IMG/VR virus record: IMGVR_UViG_2911013136_000002
Source: an uncultured virus (IMG/VR IMGVR_UViG_2911013136_000002)
Lineage: Duplodnaviria; Heunggongvirae; Uroviricota; Caudoviricetes
DNA: 64,000 nt
Direction: 5' to 3' (one strand)
Shown: positions 9,585-18,335 of the stretch, one piece after another
How positions within the stretch are numbered: the stretch's first letter is position 1
Layout of the letters: each line of letters opens with the position of its first letter
Program-made: the position numbers and the translations under genes
Notes under the pieces: generated by a model
What the model was told of the DNA's origin: nothing
The model's input: only the letters and a program-made list of their open reading frames with translations
Databases searched by the model: none

Positions 9585-10031
9585 ATGATTAGCTTCACTG
9601 TCTATGGCGAGCCTGTCGCACAGGGCCGACCTCGAGCAACCATGATTGACGGTCATATCCGGATGTATGACCCGAAAAAATCGAGAAATTTCAAGGAATA
9701 CGTGAAATTAGTAGCTTCTGAACATCGTCCTGAAAAATTACTCGAGGGACCTATATCTCTTGTTGTTAAGGTGTACAAGCCTACCTTGAAAAGTTTCAGC
9801 AAAAAGAAAAAGGCATCGGCCGAAGCTGGTCAGCTGCGTCCGACAAGTAAACCGGATGTAGATAACTATGCGAAATCCATAAAGGATGCACTCAAAAACG
9901 TCATTTGGAAGGATGACAGCCAGGTGGTAGACTTACATATTTCCAAATGGTACAGCGAGACACCAAGGGTGGAAATCACTATTGTTCCACTAGAGGAGCA
10001 GCAACAAACTGCTCCCGAAAGGAGGGAATAA
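9585..10031 (+). CDS. rusA: RusA Holliday junction resolvase
   Basis: PVAQGRPR, KPDVDNYAKSIKDAL, WKDDSQVV. Confidence 0.92.
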   Translation: MISFTVYGEPVAQGRPRATMIDGHIRMYDPKKSRNFKEYVKLVASEHRPEKLLEGPISLVVKVYKPTLKSFSKKKKASAEAGQLRPTSKPDVDNYAKSIKDALKNVIWKDDSQVVDLHISKWYSETPRVEITIVPLEEQQQTAPERRE

Positions 10032-10379
10032 ATGAACCAGCTGACGATTTTCGATTTTGTTGAGGATGAGAAGGTCGATGATAAAACATTGAGAAGGATA
10101 CAGAGCGTTTTTCCCGGCTGGGAAGTGCTTGGATATATGAAAGACTGGGAATGGGGAACAAGCGACGATTACGCAGCGATCATTCGGTGTGACGACGTAT
10201 ACAAGTGGGTCCGTGTAGAGTTGTATCACGATGGCCGTTCCCACGCTGGATATACAGAGCGTACGGATTTTGAGCAGTATTGGTTCGATCTGTACGAGAA
10301 AAAGGGAAAACACTGGGTATGGCGATCGCTTGAGGATAGGGAGCGAGTGTTTGAGATTGCAAGGCAAAACATGAGATGA
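10032..10379 (+). CDS. Hypothetical phage protein
   Basis: RBS ggaggg; NQLTIFDF motif resembling a clamp-binding motif. Confidence 0.65.
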   Translation: MNQLTIFDFVEDEKVDDKTLRRIQSVFPGWEVLGYMKDWEWGTSDDYAAIIRCDDVYKWVRVELYHDGRSHAGYTERTDFEQYWFDLYEKKGKHWVWRSLEDRERVFEIARQNMR

Positions 10380-10396
10380 GCAGGATGACAGCCTTG

Positions 10397-10732
10397 TCAT
10401 TTATGAATAAAAACCCTAGTACCAATTGGAACTCTAGATGATAATTCTAGAACATCATGATTAAACATTCTAATACATCCATGTGAGACATTCTTACCGA
10501 TTGAAGCTGGGTTATTTGTTCCGTGTATACCATAATGAGGTCTTGACAATCCCATCCAAAGCACTCCAAATGGTCCGCCGGGATTACGTTGTTTATTGAT
10601 AATCGTGTATGTCCCGGAAGGTGTTGGTGTCAATATTTTTCCAACTGCAATTGGGTGAGCTTTTATAAGCCTATTTCCATCAAAAAGTTTTAATTGATGT
10701 TGTGATGTAGATACGTCAATCCATTTCACCAT
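10397..10732 (-). CDS. L,D-transpeptidase (YkuD family), moron
   Basis: PIAVGK..TPTP.G, YGIHGTN and SHGCIRM catalytic motifs. ATG at 10732 with RBS. Confidence 0.9.
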   Translation of the reverse strand: MVKWIDVSTSQHQLKLFDGNRLIKAHPIAVGKILTPTPSGTYTIINKQRNPGGPFGVLWMGLSRPHYGIHGTNNPASIGKNVSHGCIRMFNHDVLELSSRVPIGTRVFIHK

Positions 10733-10756
10733 GAAGAACAACTCCATTTTTTTGAA

Positions 10757-10784
10757 TATTGTATGAAGTAACCCAGGCACTTGT
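10757..10784 (-). promoter_or_regulatory. Sigma-K-like promoter for the YkuD-family gene
   Basis: Minus strand ACA-N16-CATACAATA. Confidence 0.55.
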
Positions 10785-10955
10785 TAATTAATAGGAATTG
10801 ATTGAACAGTTAAAAAGAAAAGAAAGCAAAACTGCTTAATGAACAGTTCGTTTCGTCTGTGACACATATATTATTCATTAATGTGTAAATCGTCTTTTCC
10901 TTCTTAGTTATTATACAAAATGCCCCACTAAATAAAAGTAGGGCATTCGTGGGGA

Positions 10956-11150
10956 TTAACAGCAATGAGTAGGGTATCCAGGATCAACAACCACGTTTCT
11001 TGTAATAGGAGCAACAATATGTCTAGGAACATTGACGATATTGTGACGATTAATGTGTACAACTGGATGGATAAAAGGGACTACACGAGGAATGAAACAG
11101 TCTCGCACCGCAAATCTAGGTGGACATATAACTGGTCTAGGACAAAACAT
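10956..11150 (-). CDS. CotD-like small spore coat protein
   Basis: Cys/Pro/His/Val-rich (PVICPP...VVPFIHP...); strong RBS ggaggtga; terminator near 10921-10950. Confidence 0.6.
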   Translation of the reverse strand: MFCPRPVICPPRFAVRDCFIPRVVPFIHPVVHINRHNIVNVPRHIVAPITRNVVVDPGYPTHCC

Positions 11151-11262
11151 GGAAAATCACCTCCTATAAATGTTTATAAACATTAAATGTACTAGTGGGA
11201 CTTTTTGAAACGGACAGATATCACAAGGTATACAAAAAAGATAAATTGAGTTGTAAAAGAAG

Positions 11263-11784
11263 GTGAAAAACTTGTTGCAAGGAGTTTGCGTGGATACAGG
11301 CGTATCCACCGTTCTTGAGCAGGGAAAAAAGTATTTTCTCTTCTCAAACGGTCCCGATCATTATTACGTTTCAAAGCTTCCAAAGACAAGTGCCCATCAA
11401 GGATGTTTTCATAAATCATTATTTCAAATCGTTCAAGAAGACGAATGGCCACCGGAGCCAGCTGTGGACAATGTTCCGGTATTGGACAGTTCAAAAATCT
11501 ATGCGGCAAAGCTCATTTGGAGAAAACGAGGATACCAGCAGGTTAAGTTAGGAATGTATTATTTGCAGCTAGCAAGAACACATGCGTATGTGTTTCGTGA
11601 TCGGCAATTAGAAAAGTGCATCGGCTGCTTTCCGTTGCACTGGTTTGAGGACTTTAGAGAAGTGAATGCGGAAGAAAATGAAACAAACGAGGCCGTTTTT
11701 AAAACGGAAACGCTTGAAAGTGAAACAAAAGAGGAAATACCTGAAAACTTCGAGCAAATGAGTATCTTCGATTTTGTTGAGTGA
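11263..11784 (+). CDS. Hypothetical phage protein
   Basis: 173-aa ORF ending in EQMSIFDF. Confidence 0.7.
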   Translation: MKNLLQGVCVDTGVSTVLEQGKKYFLFSNGPDHYYVSKLPKTSAHQGCFHKSLFQIVQEDEWPPEPAVDNVPVLDSSKIYAAKLIWRKRGYQQVKLGMYYLQLARTHAYVFRDRQLEKCIGCFPLHWFEDFREVNAEENETNEAVFKTETLESETKEEIPENFEQMSIFDFVE

Positions 11785-12040
11785 GGAGGAGCGGAATGAT
11801 CTACATCTTGCGCCATCCAAAAACACATAAGGAAGTCAGAACGAAGCGAAAATGGAAAGTAAGACAGTACCAGTTGCAAGGATATAAGCTTGTGAATCAA
11901 TATGATCCGACGGCAACGCAGAATTGCAAATTATAAGCTCCGGACCTAAATAAAAAAGACCGGACTTCTCCCGGTCAAAAGAGAAAAGAATGAAGGTAAA
12001 ATATCGTTCCTCGACCATATTATACACGGGAGGGGTCCGA

Positions 12041-12502
12041 GTGGGCAAACGGTTTTATCAACTGTCTTTTTTGCGTGACACGGACGGAGAAAAAACAAAA
12101 GAAGCAGTAGAGGCAGCACTTGAAAAATATCGCATGTATATGTTGACGGTTCCGGACGAATTCCTGCCACGCGTGACGCAAACGTACTCTCTCGTGCCGC
12201 CAAGCAACACGAATGCTTTTCATTCATCTACAGAAAGCGCGGCAATCAAAAAAGTAGACTTCGAACGAGAACGCGATGAGTACATGGAGAGAATACGCCG
12301 CGCGGTGAATCGATTGAACAAGATGGAGCGGGAATTGATTATTAAGCGATATATGACATTGGAAGAGCCTTATGATTATGAGGTATACAATGAAATGGGA
12401 ATCAGTGAATCAAGGTTTTACCGTATCCGTGAGAAGGCGTTTTATAAATTGGCTTTTGCTTTACGGATTGAAGTTTACAAAGAAGAAGAGGCACCTGTTT
12501 AA
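12041..12502 (+). CDS. arpU: ArpU/RinA-family late transcriptional activator
   Basis: PRVTQTYSLVPPS, DYEVYNEMGISESRFYRIREKAFYKLAFAL; GTG start after an RBS. Confidence 0.9.
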   Translation: MGKRFYQLSFLRDTDGEKTKEAVEAALEKYRMYMLTVPDEFLPRVTQTYSLVPPSNTNAFHSSTESAAIKKVDFERERDEYMERIRRAVNRLNKMERELIIKRYMTLEEPYDYEVYNEMGISESRFYRIREKAFYKLAFALRIEVYKEEEAPV

Positions 12503-12670
12503 GGTGCTTCATTATTTATAACAATATATAGTATTGTTTTTAATTAAAAACACAAGATATGGTATTATATAAGATTTTTTATGTTTTTGCAATAGTTTAT
12601 TATTGATAAAATACCCAATTATTACTATTATTTATTTATAGAAGTAAGGAACGGGACAGGGGGGGATAAT

Positions 12671-13306
12671 ATGAATATTCTAGACGCTGCTAAATATTTC
12701 ATTGGGTTAAGTAAGCCAGGAACAAAATATGAAATAACCCCTAAGAAGTTACAAAAAATTCTTTTCTACGCGCAAGCTTGGTATTTGGTCAAAAAAAGAA
12801 AACCATTGTTTCCAAATAGTACGTTCCAAGCTTGGTCGCACGGACCTGTGAATTACTTAGTTTATGATTGGTACAGGGAGTATGGTTATCTACCAATAAC
12901 GGAAACAAATACAGAACAACTTTCTTTAGAAGATGGTGAGAAACAGCATCTAGACACCATTTGGGAAATTTACGGTTGTTATAATGCTGATCAATTGGAA
13001 GCTTTAACGCATGAAGAAGATCCATGGAAAAAGGCTAGAAAGGGTCTTCCAGATGATGCTCCTTCAAATGAAATAATAACAGTAGAATCGATGATTGTTT
13101 ATTACAGTGAGGTTTTGAAGAAAGTAAAAAATAATGAGTGGCACTGTATAACTGTTAATCCACAACCGAGATTAGAGTTATTGCTGGATAAAGAGGAGCC
13201 TACTGCTAACCCTTTGCTGAGATTTCTTGGTGCTTGGCAAGGGGATGATTTTGAAGAATGCCTAAAAGACGTGTATAAGAACAGAATAGAGGCTAAATTC
13301 AACTAA
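12671..13306 (+). CDS. Panacea (DUF4065/SocA-like) antitoxin with C-terminal extension
   Basis: ITPKKLQKILFYAQ, FQAWSHGPV, LEALTHEEDPW. Confidence 0.85.
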   Translation: MNILDAAKYFIGLSKPGTKYEITPKKLQKILFYAQAWYLVKKRKPLFPNSTFQAWSHGPVNYLVYDWYREYGYLPITETNTEQLSLEDGEKQHLDTIWEIYGCYNADQLEALTHEEDPWKKARKGLPDDAPSNEIITVESMIVYYSEVLKKVKNNEWHCITVNPQPRLELLLDKEEPTANPLLRFLGAWQGDDFEECLKDVYKNRIEAKFN

Positions 13307-13307
13307 G

Positions 13308-13793
13308 ATGTATTTGCTAGATACCAATCATTGCAGTAGGATCCTAGATAACGATCCAGTAATGGCTCAGAAACTAAGAGAAACAGATCATAAACACATT
13401 AAAACCTGCTTTATTGTCGAGTCAGAGCTATATTTTATGGCGTATAGGTCAGAGAAAACTACAGAAAATCTCTTTCAAGTTAGTGAGTTTCTCAGTAAAA
13501 TTGAAATTATAAGATGCGATCCAAGTGTTGCAAGATACTATGGTGAATTAAAAGCAAAAGTGTTAGAAAAATTCGGGCCAAAGGAAAAGAAGAAAAAAAG
13601 AAAATACACTCTAAAAGATGCGGGAATCAGCGAGAACGATCTTTGGATAGCATCAGTTGCACTTGCGCATAATTTAACTGTAATAAGTATAGACAGCGAT
13701 TTTCAAAGGATCAAAGAGGCGGAACCAAACCTAAAAGTTGAAAGCTGGTTGACTGAACCTGTTGTAATTGAAGAAGTTGAGGTTACTGGATAG
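13308..13793 (+). CDS. vapC: PIN-domain (VapC) toxin
   Basis: YLLDTN, ESEL, NDLWIAS and SIDSDF acidic PIN residues. Confidence 0.88.
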   Translation: MYLLDTNHCSRILDNDPVMAQKLRETDHKHIKTCFIVESELYFMAYRSEKTTENLFQVSEFLSKIEIIRCDPSVARYYGELKAKVLEKFGPKEKKKKRKYTLKDAGISENDLWIASVALAHNLTVISIDSDFQRIKEAEPNLKVESWLTEPVVIEEVEVTG

Positions 13794-13824
13794 ATCACGC
13801 CATCTTTTTGGCGTGTTTATTTTT

Positions 13825-13986
13825 TGACAGAAAACTGAAAGAAAAATGAAGGAAAAATGACGGAAAGATGACAGATTATTTTGTTTCGGACATGCTATGA
13901 TGATAACGTGAGATATTTTGAAGCAGGGTGAAACTTCCCAACAAAAGGCTTTTTTACCTAGCGTCACTCCGATCGGGGTGGCGTTT
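13825..13986 (+). promoter_or_regulatory. Late promoter A: 11-bp-period activator repeats, extended -10, downstream terminator hairpin
   Basis: tgacagaaaac/tgaaagaaaaa/tgaaggaaaaa/tgacggaaaga/tgacaga; tgctatgat; gcgtcactccgatcggggtggcgtttt at 13961. Confidence 0.65.
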
Positions 13987-14050
13987 TATTATGCTATCAA
14001 TAGGTATTCTAACAAAAACATGTGCTAAATCAGAAAGCGAGGTGACAGGC

Positions 14051-14221
14051 ATGGAACGATACGATGAAGAAGAAGAAAAAGCGAAAGAGGAATATGAGAA
14101 ACATAAATGCAAAACGTGTGTATGGGCAAAATGGCAAGCTTCTTTTATTGTTTCGTGCCTGTTTCCTCGGTGCGTGAAGGACAGTTCTCGATTCATGGTG
14201 GACAAGATATCCATGAGGTGA
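14051..14221 (+). CDS. Small Cys-rich protein (paralogue of 16010-16171)
   Basis: HKCKTCVWAKWQ...SCLFPRCV; RBS gaggtga. Confidence 0.65.
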   Translation: MERYDEEEEKAKEEYEKHKCKTCVWAKWQASFIVSCLFPRCVKDSSRFMVDKISMR

Positions 14222-14226
14222 GGAAA

Positions 14227-14378
14227 ATGTACAGCTACGAGCTCTACAATGAGATGGGAATGAGCGAGAGCAAATATTATCGCATAAAATCACGCGACTT
14301 TTATAAGCTTGCTTTTGCTCTCCGGATCGAGGTGTATAAACAATGAATTTTGTGCAGCCGATTCGTGATCCAGAGAGA
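14227..14378 (+). pseudogene. Relic: 3' end of a second arpU and first codons of the adjacent tyrosine recombinase
   Basis: KYYRIKSRDFYKLAFALRIEVYKQ* then MNFVQPIRDPE, nearly identical to 58918-59070. Confidence 0.85.
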
Positions 14379-14516
14379 ATATCTCCATTCGGTTATCTCA
14401 TTCTCCGAATATTAAATCGTCTGATTTTGATAATATAAACTCTTAGCCTATAACTAATTTATGATTCTGCTCATATATTGAAATATCTTAATAAAGTGGA
14501 AAGTAGGTGAAATATA

Positions 14517-15752
14517 TTGTCAGAACATAAGAAAAGAACAAATATGAAACAGGTGAGGGTGACATGTAGTTGTACCAATATGCAAATCGTGAAAGTGCAT
14601 AGACCTCTGCCAGCAGACATTGCGTTAGCTGCTGTGAATGCCGCAACAACTGTTCCGGAAATGAGAGCCGCCATCGAAAATCCTCTGCTTGGATTGGATC
14701 TTACAGAATATAACGCGTTATCAGAAGCAGCTAAAAATGATGTTGCTCAGCAATTGCTCGATAATCGGCCTGCTTTAGGTTATCCTTCCGTTGCTAGTGT
14801 CCAAGCTGCTCTTGACCAAGCCGTAAATCAAGTTGTCGGTTTAGCTGCTGTGAATGCCGCAACAACTGTTCCGGAAATGAGAGCTGCCATCGAAAATCCT
14901 TTGCTTGGATTGGATCTTACAGAATATAACACATTATCAGAAACAGCTAAAAACGATGTTGCCCAGCAATTGCTTGATAATCGGCCTGCTTTAGGTTACC
15001 CTTCCGTTGCTAGTGTCCAAGCTGCTCTTGATCAAGCCGTAAATCAGGTCGTTGATTTGGATAATATTTATGTTCAAGCTGGTGCTGTTGGTGGAAATGG
15101 TAGTAGAGCAAATCCTTTTGGAACCATTCCTCAAGGAATTGCCGCGGTGAATCCAGGTGGAACTGTTCATATTCTAAGTGGAACGTATCCAATTACATCA
15201 CAAATTGTCGTCAATAAGGCTGGAATTACTTTAAAAGGAGAACCAGGTACCCTTCTATTCTTACAAGCAGACATTATTGCAATGCTAATTACTGCGCCGA
15301 ATACGACAATCGATGGTTTAACAATGACAAGCGATATTCCTTATCAAAAAGAATTTATCCAAATTGGCGGGAATAACACGACGATCATCAATAATACCAT
15401 TTACGGACCACCTCAACCATTGCCTATGAGCAGCTGGGTTGTTAACAGAGCCGTTGTATCTCAAGGAGGCCTTGCTATTTCGGTGATGAATAATACTTTC
15501 CATTCTTTAAGGACAGGAATGTATATTAATCCGAATGTGACAGGTCCTATTAACAATAATGTGGTTTACAATACAAAAGGAGGATTTTTAGTAGACCGTG
15601 CATTCACAACCTTCTTAGGAAACTCATGGGGAACCCCACCGAATGAATTTGATATTGTTTTGCTTGCAGGTACAACATTTGGTCCTCCATATGACAATCT
15701 TGCTCTATTAAGTGCACTTAATAATAATGCAACTATCTCGGATCAACGATAA
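14517..15752 (+). CDS. Moron protein with a tandem helical repeat and a right-handed beta-helix (pectin-lyase-like) domain
   Basis: IYVQAGAVGGNGSRANPFGTIPQGI...ILSGTY beta-helix cap; NNTI/NNTF/NNVV ladders. Confidence 0.75.
   Translation: MSEHKKRTNMKQVRVTCSCTNMQIVKVHRPLPADIALAAVNAATTVPEMRAAIENPLLGLDLTEYNALSEAAKNDVAQQLLDNRPALGYPSVASVQAALDQAVNQVVGLAAVNAATTVPEMRAAIENPLLGLDLTEYNTLSETAKNDVAQQLLDNRPALGYPSVASVQAALDQAVNQVVDLDNIYVQAGAVGGNGSRANPFGTIPQGIAAVNPGGTVHILSGTYPITSQIVVNKAGITLKGEPGTLLFLQADIIAMLITAPNTTIDGLTMTSDIPYQKEFIQIGGNNTTIINNTIYGPPQPLPMSSWVVNRAVVSQGGLAISVMNNTFHSLRTGMYINPNVTGPINNNVVYNTKGGFLVDRAFTTFLGNSWGTPPNEFDIVLLAGTTFGPPYDNLALLSALNNNATISDQR
14625..15053 (+). repeat. 216-bp (72-aa) tandem duplication
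   Basis: Copies start at 14625 and 14841 (LAAVNAATTVPEMRAAIENP...QAVNQVV). Confidence 0.95.
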
Positions 15753-15794
15753 AAGAAAGAAACTAGAAATCCATTGTTAAAGGCAAGGGACGAA

Positions 15795-15926
15795 TAGCAG
15801 ATTTGTGGCAGAAAAAAGGCAGATTTTTGGCAGAAAGATGACAGATTATTTTGCTTCGGACATGATATGATGATAGCGTGAGATATTTTGAAGCAGGGCG
15901 TCACTCCGATCGGGGTGGCGTTTTTT
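15795..15926 (+). promoter_or_regulatory. Late promoter B, prophage-2 type (ggcaga repeats), with terminator hairpin
   Basis: tggcagaaaaaaggcagatttttggcagaaagatgacagattattttgct, almost identical to 61308-61357. Confidence 0.7.
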
Positions 15927-16009
15927 ATTTGCAGTGAATTTAAAAACGCAAAACAGGAAACAATAAGCTCATGTAATGGAAGCTACCACGAGAGCATGAA
16001 GTGAGGTTT

Positions 16010-16171
16010 ATGGTTATGTATCCATACAGCGACAAAGAAAAAGCCCAACGTGCCTACGAACGCCATAAGTGCAAAAACTGCATATGGGCGAAGTGGCAAG
16101 TGCCATATCTTGTTTCCTGTCCATTTGTGCGGTGTGTACGAATGTCGGAATTTGACGAAAAAGCGATGTAG
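16010..16171 (+). CDS. Small Cys-rich protein (not in ORF track)
   Basis: YERHKCKNCIWAKWQVPYLVSCPFVRCV; paralogue of 14051. Confidence 0.65.
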   Translation: MVMYPYSDKEKAQRAYERHKCKNCIWAKWQVPYLVSCPFVRCVRMSEFDEKAM

Positions 16172-16222
16172 GAAAACCTCTCCTTTTGTCGTATTGAGTA
16201 GGACGAAAGGAGTGGTTTATGA

Positions 16223-16684
16223 ATGGAGTTAAATAAAGAAAACCAAGATATTGAAGAGTACCTAAAGAAAAATGATGAAATTATAAAAGCGTTACAGGAC
16301 GAAAATTATACGTTAATGGAAAAACAGTATGATCTATTTTTAAAAAAGTTAAAAGAGTTAGATCCCTTTATTCAATATATCAAGAGCAAAGGGATTTATT
16401 TTTCACATCCTGAAATTGATCTTTTAACTGTACGCGGTCCTATTATCGGATATGATGATAATGAATACTATGTATATTCTTTGGAAGAAGGAAAAGTAAA
16501 GGTTATTACCAAATACTCGTTGAATGACAAAGAAGATATGAGTATATACACATTTATTTCTAATTATGATTTTGAAAAAATAATGCTCTCCTTGGAGCAT
16601 ATCAAACAGATTCCAAAATTGTATGCAGATCAGCTAAAACGCACGGTAGAACAGAGAAAGAAATGGGTAGAACAATTTAGCTAA
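16223..16684 (+). CDS. AT-rich hypothetical moron
   Basis: Own sigma-H-like promoter and RBS; terminator at 16689-16710. Confidence 0.7.
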   Translation: MELNKENQDIEEYLKKNDEIIKALQDENYTLMEKQYDLFLKKLKELDPFIQYIKSKGIYFSHPEIDLLTVRGPIIGYDDNEYYVYSLEEGKVKVITKYSLNDKEDMSIYTFISNYDFEKIMLSLEHIKQIPKLYADQLKRTVEQRKKWVEQFS

Positions 16685-16730
16685 GCAAAGCATCCTTCGG
16701 GGTGCTTTTTATTTGTGAGGTGAAGGGCCA

Positions 16731-17036
16731 ATGTCCAACGTTAAATGCGATTACTGCCAGAATGAATTGGAAGTCAATCTGCAAACAAGAATCATTGAAC
16801 GTGATATTCAGTTGGCTTATTTTATTTGTCCTAACTGCAAACATGAATATCATTCGTTCTACACTAATGTAAAGATTAGGGCAAGGCAGGACAGGATAAA
16901 TGAGTTATGGGCTAAAGCGAGAACAACTCCGAATGAGTATAAGGTAAAACAAATCGTTCGTCGCATAGATGAATTAGTCCAGCGGAACAAACAAGAAATG
17001 AATCAATTACGGGAACGTTATGAAGCATCCAATTAG
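16731..17036 (+). CDS. Zn-ribbon phage protein
   Basis: CDYC...CPNC; RBS gaggtga. Confidence 0.7.
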   Translation: MSNVKCDYCQNELEVNLQTRIIERDIQLAYFICPNCKHEYHSFYTNVKIRARQDRINELWAKARTTPNEYKVKQIVRRIDELVQRNKQEMNQLRERYEASN

Positions 17037-17100
17037 GGTGCTTTTTTATTTGGAGGGATAACATGGTTTACGAAAATTCTAGTGAAGGAGATGTATATGA

Positions 17101-17502
17101 ATGAAAGATAAACTGCTCGTAATTGAATTAGATGAGTACGGAAGTGTGCCACGTGTGTTTTATAAAGGGGAGGAAATCACTAAAAAAGTAAGGGTATCGT
17201 TCGATTGGCGTACGAAAGACGAAAAACATCTTGGACTGCCTAATATTGAAATTGAGTATGGAGATTATGAAAATGGTTCACCGGTTTGCAAGGCAATTAA
17301 GCTAAGCAATCCATTTAAAGAATCTGAACAAGACGTGATTAATTATGTCTGCGGCTGTGGCCTATCACAAGCCAAAGACTTTACATGTTTAGGAATTCCA
17401 TCAGGTTGTGGCCGGAGAACGCTTATTCAAAGATTCAAAACAAAGCTGAAGCATTTGTTTAAGCTGAATTCAAATGATTCCATATGGTGTAGAAGACGAT
17501 GA
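17101..17502 (+). CDS. Hypothetical phage protein
   Basis: VPRVFYKGEEITKKVRVSFDWRT; RBS. Confidence 0.65.
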   Translation: MKDKLLVIELDEYGSVPRVFYKGEEITKKVRVSFDWRTKDEKHLGLPNIEIEYGDYENGSPVCKAIKLSNPFKESEQDVINYVCGCGLSQAKDFTCLGIPSGCGRRTLIQRFKTKLKHLFKLNSNDSIWCRRR

Positions 17503-17843
17503 ATCAACAGCAATATTACGACAAGTACAAACGCAATAAAGAAGCAAAGAAATTCTACAACAGTGCAGCCTGGCGTAAATGCAGAGAATATGTCCTCAAG
17601 CGGGACAACTACTTGTGTCAGCGGTGTTTGAGGAAAGGAATCCTTCGAGCGGCTGATGTAGTTCACCATAAAGAACATCTCCAAGACAATCCGGCGAAAG
17701 CATTGAACCCGGAAAACTTGGAGAGTCTTTGCAATGCCTGTCACAATGAGGAGCATCCAGAGAAAGGAAAGAAGGCAAAAGAGGAAAAGAAGCCAAGGAA
17801 AGTAAGGGTTATCAAGTCAGAAGCCAACCCGTTGATAACCTAG
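17499..17843 (+). CDS. Terminase-associated HNH endonuclease
   Basis: RDNYLCQRC, VHH, NLESLCNACHNEEH. Confidence 0.92.
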   Translation: MNQQQYYDKYKRNKEAKKFYNSAAWRKCREYVLKRDNYLCQRCLRKGILRAADVVHHKEHLQDNPAKALNPENLESLCNACHNEEHPEKGKKAKEEKKPRKVRVIKSEANPLIT

Positions 17844-17945
17844 GGGGTATCCCCCCTACCCCAAAAAGTGGGGGCAGGAGGTCGCCAGACCGGCCGCGGC
17901 CCTTCGTTTCGCGCGCGGATGAATTCCATACGCGAGGGGGGTATA
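17844..17945. other. Probable cos region
   Basis: GC-rich intergenic segment between HNH and terS, the usual position in HK97-like cos phages. Confidence 0.5.
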
Positions 17946-17969
17946 AAACAAGGAGGGGGAGGTGGTGAG

Positions 17970-18335
17970 ATGGACAAAGAAACCATTAAACCGAAGAAGA
18001 TCATCAAGAATAAAGAGGCGAAGAATTTGTTCCAGATTCTCATCCAGGAACTAGAGAAGGAGAACAACCTCAACGACCGGACCCTCATGATCGTGGATAA
18101 CATCGTTCTCTTGGAACAACTCAAGCAGGAGCATATGAAGGACATCAAGAAACGCGGTGTTATGGAACTCTTCAAAAACGGCTCTCAGGAAATGTTCCGG
18201 GAGAACAAGTCGGTTGACAAGATCCTGAAGATCGTTGAGCAGCAGCGGAAGCTTCAAGCTGAACTGAAATTAACACCAGCCTCCGAGAAGAAAGTCGCGG
18301 AGGTGGTGGAAGTGGATGATTTTGAAAGATTCTAA
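17970..18335 (+). CDS. terS: Terminase small subunit (P27-like)
   Basis: DIKKRGV...NGSQ...LQAELKLTPAS; overlaps terL. Confidence 0.8.
   Translation: MDKETIKPKKIIKNKEAKNLFQILIQELEKENNLNDRTLMIVDNIVLLEQLKQEHMKDIKKRGVMELFKNGSQEMFRENKSVDKILKIVEQQRKLQAELKLTPASEKKVAEVVEVDDFERF

Noticed and set aside
13961..13986. Identical 26-bp hairpin at 13961, 15898 and 61403 as a possible CRISPR repeat
   Set aside because: The copies are kilobases apart with no spacers or cas genes; each follows a late promoter.
14625..15053. 216-bp repeat as a diversity-generating retroelement TR/VR pair
   Set aside because: It is an in-frame tandem coding duplication, the differences are not adenine-specific, and there is no reverse transcriptase in the window.
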